Positions 47,645 to 55,676 of a stretch of 64,000 nucleotides of DNA are shown here, in pieces. The notes below the pieces were generated by a model. The model was not told the DNA's origin and ran no database searches. It saw only the letters and a program-made list of their open reading frames with translations. The DNA lies in assembly GCA_045863335.1 (NCBI GenBank), contig BTVY01000025.1, positions 947 to 64,946 on the forward strand, in the 5' to 3' direction. This DNA is from Candidatus Hydrogenedentota bacterium. GTDB lineage: Bacteria > Hydrogenedentota > Hydrogenedentia > Hydrogenedentales > SLHB01. Position 1 is the stretch's first letter, and every line of letters begins with the position of its first letter. The translations under genes and the position numbers were made by a program.

Positions 47645-49039
47645 ATGTCGCAGGAATTCAAACTCATCAGACCGAACTTTGTGCCGCCGCTGGACGAGGG
47701 GTATCGTCCGGCCGTGCTGGCGAACCGCGCGTTTCGCGCCGAAGTCGAGGCGTCCGGGGAGGGGGTTCCCTTGGTGCTGGGGCTGGAGCGGGCGGACGGG
47801 TCCGTATCGCGTTACGAGACGCAGGTATTTCCAGAGGGCCACGCACGGGCGCAAGCGAACCTGTTCTACGTGGAACGGCTGGTCAAGTTCCTGTTGTGGC
47901 AGCGCGGCGGCTGGAAGGTCTACGTGGGTGGGCCGCGCAGCATCGGCGAACACATCGCCACGGTATACGCCATGGGCGGCGCGCGGGAGTTCGACTTCAA
48001 GTTTATGGGTGAGGACGTGTACGAACACACGTTCACCGTGGTTCCATGCGACGTGTCGGACGTCCCGGCGGAAAACGAAACAACGCAGGCGCTTGGGCGT
48101 CATCTGGACGGATGCCGCATCGGGTTTGACCTGGGCGCATCGGATCGCAAGGTGTCGGCCGTCGTGAACGGCGAGGCAGTGTACAGCGAAGAGGTTGTGT
48201 GGGAGCCGCGCAAGCAGACGGATCCCGCGTACCACTACAACGGGATCATGACCGCGTTGAAAACGGCTGCGTCCAAGATGGACCGGGTCGATGCCATCGG
48301 CGGCAGCTCCGCGGGCGTGTACATCAACAACCGGCCCATGATCGCATCGCTGTTCCGGGGAATCCCGAAGGATCGCTTCGACGAGGTCCACAATCTGTTC
48401 CTGCGCATCCGCGACGAGATGGGTGTGCCGCTGGAAATCGTGAATGACGGCGAGGTCACCGCGCTCGCGGGGTCCATGTCGCTGGAAGACAACGGCGTGC
48501 TGGGGATCGCACTCGGGTCGAGCGAGGCGGGCGGCTATGTGACTATGGACGGCAACATCACGGGCTGGCTGAACGAATTGGCCTTCGCGCCGGTGGACTA
48601 CAGTCCGGACGCGCCGAAGGACGAATGGTCCGGCGATGCGGGTGTGGGCGCGTTGTACTTCTCGCAGCAGTGCGTGTTCCGGTTGGCACCCAAGGCGGGA
48701 ATCGAACTGCCGAAGGACGTGACCGACGCGGAAAAGCTCAAGGCCGTGCAGGAGAAGCTGGAAGCAGGCCACGAAGGCGCGACGGACATCTGGCGGAGCA
48801 TGGGCATCTACATGGGGTATACCATCGCCCACTACGCGGACTTTTACGAACTCAAACACGTGCTGGTGTTGGGACGTTGCACGTCCGGCAAAGGCGGCGA
48901 CTTGATCGTGAACGGCGCGAATGAAGTGTTGAATGCCGAGTTCCCCGAACTGGCGAAACGGATTGAAGTACAATTGCCGGACGAAAAGGCGCGCCGGGTC
49001 GGGCAGTCGATCGCAGCGGCAAGTCTGCCGGCGATATAG
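47645..49039 (+). CDS. ROK/sugar-kinase-like (ASKHA fold) protein with ~150-aa N-terminal extension (tentative)
   Basis: GFDLGASDRKVSAVVNGE (phosphate-1-like), DAIGGSSAGVY and EIVNDGEVTALAG (ROK/glucokinase-like blocks). The N-terminal domain is unassigned. Confidence 0.45.
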   Translation: MSQEFKLIRPNFVPPLDEGYRPAVLANRAFRAEVEASGEGVPLVLGLERADGSVSRYETQVFPEGHARAQANLFYVERLVKFLLWQRGGWKVYVGGPRSIGEHIATVYAMGGAREFDFKFMGEDVYEHTFTVVPCDVSDVPAENETTQALGRHLDGCRIGFDLGASDRKVSAVVNGEAVYSEEVVWEPRKQTDPAYHYNGIMTALKTAASKMDRVDAIGGSSAGVYINNRPMIASLFRGIPKDRFDEVHNLFLRIRDEMGVPLEIVNDGEVTALAGSMSLEDNGVLGIALGSSEAGGYVTMDGNITGWLNELAFAPVDYSPDAPKDEWSGDAGVGALYFSQQCVFRLAPKAGIELPKDVTDAEKLKAVQEKLEAGHEGATDIWRSMGIYMGYTIAHYADFYELKHVLVLGRCTSGKGGDLIVNGANEVLNAEFPELAKRIEVQLPDEKARRVGQSIAAASLPAI

Positions 49040-49079
49040 GAAAGAACACGGACTTGCACGGACGGGCACGGACGAAGAG
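49040..49079. repeat. 10-bp-periodic CACGGAC array (3 units) starting right after the stop codon
   Basis: GAAAGAACACGGACTTGCACGGACGGGCACGGACGAAGAG. Confidence 0.8.
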
Positions 49080-49126
49080 AAGAAATAGCAACCGCCTCGA
49101 TCGAACTGGCGGATAGGAGAGGACGA

Positions 49127-49975
49127 ATGAAGTTTACGTTGGAAGGCGCACAGGTATTTGTGCCCGATCATTTGCCGGTTGAGGAGGCGCTCAGCCGGAC
49201 CACCCATATCGCCATCGGCGCGCATCAGGACGACCTGGAGATCATGGCGTACGACGGCATCATCAAGTGCTTTCAGCAGGAAGACAAGTGGTACTGCGGC
49301 GTCGTGGTGACGGACGGGAGCGGCTCGCCGCGCGACGATGTGTACAAGGATTACACCGACGACGAAATGCGGGTCGTGCGGGTGAAGGAGCAATTCAAGG
49401 CGGCGGTGGTCGGTGAGTACTCCGCGCAAGTCATGCTCGATTACCCGAGCAAAGCGGTGAAGGATGGCTCTGACAAGCGGCCGGTCGAAGACATCGTGAA
49501 AATCCTTCGCGCGACGCGACCGGAGGTGGTGTATACGCACAACCTCACCGACAAGCACGACACGCATATCGGCGTGACCTTGAAAGTCATCGAAGCGATC
49601 CGGAGTCTGCCCGCCCCGGAACGTCCGCAGGCCTTGTATGGTTGCGAAGTGTGGCGGGATCTGGACTGGATGGTGGACACGGACAAAGTAGCCTTTGACT
49701 GTTCAGCCCACGAAAACTTGCAGGCGGCGCTGTTGGGCGTCTTCGACTCGCAGATCGCAGGCGGCAAGCGGTACGACCTGGCAACCCTGGGCCGGCGCCG
49801 CGCCCATGCCACGTACCACGCGTCGCACGCCACGGACGTAACCACGGGGATCAGTTTTGCCATGGACCTAACCCCGCTCATTGACGATGCGGAGCGGGAT
49901 GTGGCGGACTTCGCGCAGGAACTGATTCGGCGTTTCGCGAGCGACGTGGCGGTGCGCATCGGCAAGCTTCGCTAA
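49127..49975 (+). CDS. PIG-L/LmbE family N-acetylglucosaminyl deacetylase
   Basis: IAIGAHQDDLEIMAYDG (HxDD motif) plus the His/Asp zinc ligands VYTHNLTDKHDTH. AGGAGAGGA ribosome-binding site. Confidence 0.7.
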   Translation: MKFTLEGAQVFVPDHLPVEEALSRTTHIAIGAHQDDLEIMAYDGIIKCFQQEDKWYCGVVVTDGSGSPRDDVYKDYTDDEMRVVRVKEQFKAAVVGEYSAQVMLDYPSKAVKDGSDKRPVEDIVKILRATRPEVVYTHNLTDKHDTHIGVTLKVIEAIRSLPAPERPQALYGCEVWRDLDWMVDTDKVAFDCSAHENLQAALLGVFDSQIAGGKRYDLATLGRRRAHATYHASHATDVTTGISFAMDLTPLIDDAERDVADFAQELIRRFASDVAVRIGKLR

Positions 49976-50049
49976 ACCAGAGGGCAAGAAATGTGGACTC
50001 GCACGACCGTGGCTTGCGAACGACCTTTATGTTGAGCGAGTTTCACGGT

Positions 50050-50223
50050 TCGTGCGCGAAGGCGATTAAGATGGGTTCCCGCTTTCGCGGGAATGACGGC
50101 GTGGGGGGGTTGCAGAATGCCTCGCTCTATCCGTCATTCCCGCGAAGGCGGGAATCCAGTGCAACGTCCGGCACTTCCGGGGATCCCCGAAAGCGACGTC
50201 TGATCAAACAATGGCGTATCGCC
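50050..50223 (+). ncRNA. candidate cobalamin (AdoCbl) riboswitch-like leader upstream of the btuF-like gene (tentative)
   Basis: GGGAATCCAGTGCAACGTCCGGCAC (50149-50173) resembles the E. coli btuB leader core GGGAAUCCAGUGCGAAUCUGGAGC, as far as I recall it. The leader also contains a 22-bp near-perfect inverted repeat (50078-50099 / 50131-50152). I cannot verify the full consensus or the B12 box. Confidence 0.3.
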
Positions 50224-51099
50224 GTGCTGACACTTGCGTTCGCAATCGGCGTCCTCTCTTCCACAGGTTGCTCGCCTGAGGCGGCAGTTGAAAATCCGGC
50301 CAGGCACGGCATCATCTCCATGTCGCCAAATATCACGGAGACCCTCTTCGCCCTAGGGCAGGGCGATCGCATCATCGCGGTGACTGCGTATTGCGATTAT
50401 CCGCCGGAAGTGGAATCGCTGCCGGATGTGGGCGGATACATCGATCCCAATCTCGAAAGAATCACAATGCTCGATCCCGGGCTGATCATCCTTCCGGGCA
50501 AGCATGAGAAGGTTGCCGCACTCGCGAAGCAGAACGGATTCCCCGTGCTCCACGCGCATATGGATAGTCTCGCCACGATTCACGACGGCATTACCCGGAT
50601 CGGAGAAGCGCTGGAGTGTCCGGACGAAGCAACGGCGCTGTGGAATCAGATCCAAAGCGAGTTGGATGCGATACGCGCGGCAGTCGAAGGACAGCCGAGG
50701 CCGAAGGTCCTGTTGATCAATACGCGGTCGAACCATGACCTGAACAACCTCTTCACGGTGGGCAGCAAATCGTTTCTCTCCGAGATGCTGGACGTGGCCG
50801 GCGGCGAGAATCTCTTTGGCGATGAAACGGTGGACTATTTCGAGGCCTCCAAGGAATCGGTGGTCGTGCGTGCACCCGACGTAATCATCGAGTGTCATGC
50901 GGGCGAAGGGCTCTCGCAAGAGGAGTTGCAACAGTATCGCGACGACTGGAACGCGCTGCCGTCGTTGCCTGCTGTCGAGTCGGAGCGTATCTACTTGTTT
51001 GAGGAGTCCTACGCGTTGCGGCCCGGACCGCGCATAGCATTGATCGCCGCGCAGTTCGCGCGCTGGTTGCATCCCGACATTGAGATCCCCGCGCCATGA
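50224..51099 (+). CDS. ABC transporter periplasmic substrate-binding lipoprotein, BtuF/FecB (class III) type
   Basis: Lipobox VLSSTGC; IISMSPNITETLFALGQGDRIIAVTAYCDYPPEV; LDPGLIIL. I take the GTG at 50224. The ORF track starts at 49993, which would run through the structured leader. Confidence 0.65.
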   Translation: MLTLAFAIGVLSSTGCSPEAAVENPARHGIISMSPNITETLFALGQGDRIIAVTAYCDYPPEVESLPDVGGYIDPNLERITMLDPGLIILPGKHEKVAALAKQNGFPVLHAHMDSLATIHDGITRIGEALECPDEATALWNQIQSELDAIRAAVEGQPRPKVLLINTRSNHDLNNLFTVGSKSFLSEMLDVAGGENLFGDETVDYFEASKESVVVRAPDVIIECHAGEGLSQEELQQYRDDWNALPSLPAVESERIYLFEESYALRPGPRIALIAAQFARWLHPDIEIPAP

Positions 51100-51899
51100 C
51101 GCGCGTGTTGCGCTCGGAGAATGTGACCTTCGCCTATGAACCGGGAACGGACGTGATCTCCGGCGTCGGCGCGTCCGTGGAGAGCGGGACGATCACGGGG
51201 CTCGTCGGGCCGAATGGTTCAGGGAAGAGCACGTTGCTGCGCGTTTTGGCGGGATTGCTGCGGCCGCGATCGGGAAGCATTCTCATCGACGAGCGGCCGT
51301 TGAGCGTCGTATCAAACCGCGAACGGGCGCGCATCATGGGGTTTCTGCCGCAAGCGGTGAATCCGGTGTTCTCGCTGAACGTGTTCGAGGTGGTATGCCT
51401 GGGACGCTATCCGCATCTTGGCGCGTTGGGCGCATTGCTGCCCCACGACCGGACTGTGGCGCACCGCTGTTTGCGCGATACCGGCACCGAGGATCTGCAC
51501 AACCGCAATTTCATGTCCCTGTCCGGCGGTGAACGTCAGCGGGTGTTGCTGGCGAGCGTGCTGGCGCAGGAGCCGGACCTGTTGTTGCTGGACGAACCGA
51601 CCTCGTCGCTGGACATCCATCATCAGATCGAGATTTTCGCGCTGCTGCGGCGGCTGGCGTCGGAAGGCTACGGCATCGGCGTCGTCACGCACGACCTTAA
51701 TCTTGCAGCGCGATTCTGCGATCGATTGTATCTGTTGTCGCACTTGTCGACCGGCCTCATCGCTTCCGGTGAACCGGGTGCGGTGCTGACCGAGGAACTA
51801 CTGTCGAAGGCCTACGACGCGCCCATTCGCGTGTGCCGCCATCCCCTGACGGGCGCGCCGCTGATCACGGCGGAGGAACCTGCGGAGTCAGCGCCATGA
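51096..51899 (+). CDS. ABC transporter ATP-binding protein (FecE/BtuD family)
   Basis: Walker A GPNGSGKST, signature LSGGERQR, Walker B LLLLDEPT. ATGA overlap with the upstream gene. Confidence 0.85.
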   Translation: MTRVLRSENVTFAYEPGTDVISGVGASVESGTITGLVGPNGSGKSTLLRVLAGLLRPRSGSILIDERPLSVVSNRERARIMGFLPQAVNPVFSLNVFEVVCLGRYPHLGALGALLPHDRTVAHRCLRDTGTEDLHNRNFMSLSGGERQRVLLASVLAQEPDLLLLDEPTSSLDIHHQIEIFALLRRLASEGYGIGVVTHDLNLAARFCDRLYLLSHLSTGLIASGEPGAVLTEELLSKAYDAPIRVCRHPLTGAPLITAEEPAESAP

Positions 51900-52930
51900 C
51901 GAGAAGTACACGCAGATGGCTGACCGTCGCGGTGGCGCTGGGCTCCGTCGTGCTCATGACGGCCAGTCTGCTCATCGGCACGGAAACCCTGAGCGTCGGG
52001 CGCATTGTTGCGGAATGGCGCGCGGGAGAAGCGATCAACGACTCGCCCGCGCTGAGCATCCTGTTCAACCAACGCATGCCGCGCACGCTGGTGGCGCTGA
52101 TCGTCGGGTGCGGTCTGACCATTGCGGGATGTTCCTTTCAGGCCTTGTTGCGGAATCCACTCGCGACGCCGTACACCTTGGGCATTGACAGCTTCGGGGC
52201 CTTCGGGGCCTACGCGGCAACGATCTTCGGATCGGCAGCGGGCTGGACGGCATTTGAGATCGCGGGCTTCTCCCATGTGCAGGCCTCGGCCTTCGCCTTC
52301 GCCACCTTCGACGTGCTGCTGATTTACGGCATGGCGACGCGCAAGACCCGCATGGCGCCGTCGGTGTTGTTGCTCGCGGGCGTGACGCTGGGTCTGCTCG
52401 CGGGGTCCGGCATTCTGTTCCTGCGCTACCTCGCCCGTCCGGAGCAATTGGTCAACATGGACCGCTGGCTCATGGGCGGCGTCGACGTGATCGGCTACGA
52501 GCCCGTGCTGACGCTGCTCATCGGCGTGGTGCCGTGCTCGATCGTTTTGCTGGCGCAGGCGCCGAAGTTCGACCAGCTCGGGTTTGGCGAGGAGATGGCG
52601 GCCGGCCGCGGCGTGAACGTGCGGCGTCTGCAACTGACGACGTTCCTCGTGTGCTCGCTCATGACCGGGATCATCGTGTCCAAAGTGGGCCCCATCGGGT
52701 TCGTCGGGCTCATCGTCCCCCACGCGGTACGGTCGATCACCGGGTCGCGCCATCGCGTGCTCATGCCCGTGAGTATGATCGCGGGCGGGGCGTTTCTCTG
52801 CGCCTGCGATATCATCGCGCGGAAGTTTATGACGGGAGAGACGCCGATAGGGATTATCACGTCGCTGATTGGGGCACCGTTCTTTTTGTATTTGTTGACG
52901 AGAAGGCGGTTTACGGATTGGGAGACGTAG
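51896..52930 (+). CDS. FecCD-family ABC permease (BtuC-like)
   Basis: The ATGA overlap makes the 51896 start likely. Ten transmembrane helices of FecCD type, with GAPFFLYLL at the C-terminus. Confidence 0.85.
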   Translation: MTRSTRRWLTVAVALGSVVLMTASLLIGTETLSVGRIVAEWRAGEAINDSPALSILFNQRMPRTLVALIVGCGLTIAGCSFQALLRNPLATPYTLGIDSFGAFGAYAATIFGSAAGWTAFEIAGFSHVQASAFAFATFDVLLIYGMATRKTRMAPSVLLLAGVTLGLLAGSGILFLRYLARPEQLVNMDRWLMGGVDVIGYEPVLTLLIGVVPCSIVLLAQAPKFDQLGFGEEMAAGRGVNVRRLQLTTFLVCSLMTGIIVSKVGPIGFVGLIVPHAVRSITGSRHRVLMPVSMIAGGAFLCACDIIARKFMTGETPIGIITSLIGAPFFLYLLTRRRFTDWET

Positions 52931-52934
52931 GGAA

Positions 52935-53024
52935 TACGGACCTACACGGACCTACACGGACCTACACGGACCTACACGGGCAGACACGGACAGACACGGG
53001 CAGACACGGGCAGACACGGTCGGT
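52935..53024. repeat. 10-bp tandem array, 9 units (ACGGACCTAC x4, ACGGRCAGAC x4, and one more)
   Basis: Begins 5 nt after the permease stop. The periodicity is strictly 10 bp. Confidence 0.9.
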
Positions 53025-53077
53025 GATCTCGCGAGGAACCGCGTCGCCGTGTGCGATGGACGGCGAATTGAATTCCC

Positions 53078-53776
53078 CTATTCTTTCCGCTTCTTCCGTC
53101 GCCGTTCGGTGCGGATGCGGTAGAGGCGTTCTGAGAAGCCGCCTTCTTCGGTGAAGGTCTCGCCCTGGGAGTCGACCTGGCGTTTGAGGAGGTAGCTGGC
53201 GAGGTTGATGAGGGATAGGGCGGCGTTCGCGGCGAGGATCGCGGAGGGCGGGGTGGAAGAACACGGACGTACATGGACCGACGCGGACGCACACGGACGT
53301 GGGGACTCCACTTGATCCGATTTGTTCTTTCCGTCCGTGTTGGTCTGTGTGGGTCCGTGTAGGTCCGTGCGGTGGAACTTCAGTTCGTCGGCCACCCAGG
53401 CCTGCACCTCCTGGAGTGTGGCACAGCGCCGCTTCTTGAAGCGCTGCAACGCCGGATGATCCGGCGGGTACTCGGGTAGACCCCGCTGCCGGAGGAAATC
53501 TTCGTAATCATCGTGCAGTTCTTCCAAACTGCCACGCGCAATGTTGGTCAGAAACATCTCTGACTTTTTCGATGTGGCGGAATCGATGCTGCCTTCGGCG
53601 ATGTTTTGCACGCCAGAGCGCGCGGCTTGGACCATTTGATCGTGGGTGCGACCTCGTTTCTCAAGGTACAACTCGCAGAAACGAAATGTTACGTCGTAGA
53701 TCAACCGGGCGACTTGGAAGGACTTGAGGCTCCGGTAACCTCCATGGTTGGGGATGAGTTTCTCGTCGTCGGACAT
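53078..53776 (-). CDS. four-helix-bundle protein (TIGR02436-like, 23S-rRNA-IVS-protein family) carrying a ~75-aa in-frame insertion made of the CACGGAC repeat
   Basis: The N-terminal ~100 aa (LKSFQVARLIYDVTFRF...ARGSLEELHDDYEDFL) and the C-terminal ~50 aa (ILAANAALSLINLASYLLKRQ) look like a normal four-helix-bundle protein. The middle (TDLHGPTQTNTDGKN...SASVHVRPCS) is encoded by the inverted decamer arrays at 53248-53363. Confidence 0.5.
   Translation of the reverse strand: MSDDEKLIPNHGGYRSLKSFQVARLIYDVTFRFCELYLEKRGRTHDQMVQAARSGVQNIAEGSIDSATSKKSEMFLTNIARGSLEELHDDYEDFLRQRGLPEYPPDHPALQRFKKRRCATLQEVQAWVADELKFHRTDLHGPTQTNTDGKNKSDQVESPRPCASASVHVRPCSSTPPSAILAANAALSLINLASYLLKRQVDSQGETFTEEGGFSERLYRIRTERRRKKRKE
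53248..53363. repeat. inverted pair of CACGGAC decamer arrays (4 direct + 4 inverted units, 28-bp spacer)
   Basis: Left arm 53253-53293 reads ACACGGACGT ACATGGACCG ACGCGGACGC ACACGGACGT. The right arm 53323-53363 is its approximate reverse complement. Confidence 0.85.
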
Positions 53777-54043
53777 GACAATCCCTCTATGGCTATGACA
53801 AAGCCAAATCGCGAAAATCAGATTAAATTCATCCGGCGTGCTGAATCAATCAGCGCCACTCCAATCCTACACTCACATTGATTTCCCTTCTCCTCCCCCG
53901 TACCATATGGGGCTATTCTGTTTGCCGGGGCTCTCTCGTGCGCATACTTCTTGTCCCTGTGATGAAACGCGTTTCGGGTATTGGGGATTAGAAGTATTGC
54001 AGCGAAGAGCCGGGGCGCGGTTGGACCGCAACGTGGAGCATTC

Positions 54044-55345
54044 ATGAGACGCAATATCGTACATATGGGCGCGGGGAGTCTGAGCTACGAGATCCGGGAG
54101 ATCGTGGCGGTGGCCCGGCAGATCCGCGCCATGGGCATGGAAATCACCTGGGAGAACATCGGCGATCCGGTCCAGAAGGGCGAGAAGGTCGCGCCGTGGA
54201 TTCGCGAGATCGTGCATGACCTCGTAGAGCAGCACGATTCCTGGGCGTACTGCGATTCGGCGGGCGTGCCGGCGACGCGGGAGTTTCTGGCGTCCAACGT
54301 GAATGTGCGCAAAGGCGGAGTCCAGATTAGTTCCGACGACATCATGTTCTTCAACGGACTCGGCGACGCGGTGAGCAAGGTGTACGGTTTCCTGCGGCGC
54401 GAGGCGCGTGTGTTGGGGCCTTCCCCCGCGTACAGCACGCACTCGTCGGCGGAGGCGGCACACTCCGGCTACAACCATGTCACGTACAACCTCGATCCGT
54501 ACAATGGCTGGTTGCCGGACGTCGAGGACATCCGCAACAAGGTAAAGTACAACGACTCCATCGCGGGCATCCTGATTCTGTCGCCGGACAATCCGACGGG
54601 CGCGGTGTATCCTCGTGAGATGCTCGAGGAAATCGCTGGGATCGCGCGCGAGTACAAGCTGTTCATGATCACGGACGAGATCTACGTCCACATCGTATAC
54701 AACGGTAGTCCCCGGATGCATATGAGCGAGTGGATTGGCGACGTGCCGGCGCTCGCGATGCGCGGCATCAGCAAGGAATACCCCTGGCCGGGTTCGCGCT
54801 GCGGCTGGCTGGAAGTGTTGAACAAGGACAAGGACGAGAACTTCGCGACCTATGTGAACAGCCTGCTCGCGGCGAAACGGTTGGAGGTTTCGTCCACCAC
54901 GATGCCGCAGATGTCCATTCCGCGCGTTATGGGCGATGCGCGGTATCTCGATCACTTGAGCACGCGCGAAGCACTGTTTGATGGGCGCGCCGACGAGGCC
55001 ATGAAGGCGTTCGAAGGCTGCGACGCGGTTATCACGAACAAGCCGGGCGGCGCGTTCTATTTTACGGTAATGTTCAAGGACGGTGTGCTGAACCAACAGC
55101 AGACGCTTCCCATCGACAACCCGAAGATCAAGGCGCGCATCGAGGAACTGGTCAAGAACGTGGCGCCGGACAAGCGGTTCGTCTACTACCTCATGGGCGC
55201 GACGGGAATCGTGGTCGTGCCGTTGACGGGGTTCCAGTGCGACCACGACGGGTTCCGCATGACGCTGCTGGAGTCGGACGACACGAAGCGCGCCTGGATC
55301 TTGAAAACCCTGCGCGACGCCATCGACACGTACATCGCTTCTTGA
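54044..55345 (+). CDS. class I/II PLP-dependent aminotransferase (alanine-aminotransferase-like)
   Basis: LSYEIREIV near the N-terminus, the PLP-lysine context SKEYPWPGSRCGW and overall length of ~430 aa. The start could alternatively be the ATG at 54065. Confidence 0.7.
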   Translation: MRRNIVHMGAGSLSYEIREIVAVARQIRAMGMEITWENIGDPVQKGEKVAPWIREIVHDLVEQHDSWAYCDSAGVPATREFLASNVNVRKGGVQISSDDIMFFNGLGDAVSKVYGFLRREARVLGPSPAYSTHSSAEAAHSGYNHVTYNLDPYNGWLPDVEDIRNKVKYNDSIAGILILSPDNPTGAVYPREMLEEIAGIAREYKLFMITDEIYVHIVYNGSPRMHMSEWIGDVPALAMRGISKEYPWPGSRCGWLEVLNKDKDENFATYVNSLLAAKRLEVSSTTMPQMSIPRVMGDARYLDHLSTREALFDGRADEAMKAFEGCDAVITNKPGGAFYFTVMFKDGVLNQQQTLPIDNPKIKARIEELVKNVAPDKRFVYYLMGATGIVVVPLTGFQCDHDGFRMTLLESDDTKRAWILKTLRDAIDTYIAS

Positions 55346-55347
55346 AG

Positions 55348-55388
55348 TACATCCCCCTTGATCCCCCTTCGAAGGGGGAGTTGTGCTC
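55348..55388. repeat. REP-like palindromic element, copy d
   Basis: TACATCCCCCTTGATCCCCCTTCGAAGGGGGAGTTGTGC, 3 nt after the aminotransferase stop. Confidence 0.8.
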
Positions 55389-55535
55389 CGCGCCGTAATC
55401 GGCACGCACGGGGGCTAACGTGACCATCGACGACGCGGGATCGTCCGTTTCGCAATGCGTCGCATTGCGGTTGCCTGCGTCGCTGGCTTTGAAGCCGAAT
55501 CAGCCGCTGCCTGATCCACAACCTTGGGCTCGCCA

Positions 55536-55578
55536 AATTCCCCCTTCGAAGGGGGACAAAGGGGGATGTTTCTTCGTC
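55536..55578. repeat. REP-like palindromic element, copy e (inverted orientation)
   Basis: The reverse complement is AACATCCCCCTTTGTCCCCCTTCGAAGGGGGAATTT. With copy d it brackets a 147-bp segment. Confidence 0.8.
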
Positions 55579-55676
55579 GCGCGACGGCATTGGCGGTTTG
55601 TGGTTGGCGGCGAGAAGGAGCAAAAGCCGGCGCGGCCGATTGATTTCGCCGAGGCTTCGCCGTAGCATCTTCGATT

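Noticed and set aside
50131-50152. Match to the Neisseria dRS3 repeat (ATTCCC-N8-GGGAAT) in ATTCCCGCGAAGGCGGGAAT
   Set aside because: The formal pattern matches, but the genome is clearly not Neisseria (GC content, Planctomycete-type proteins). A short palindrome of this form is expected by chance, so it is treated as part of the local leader hairpin.
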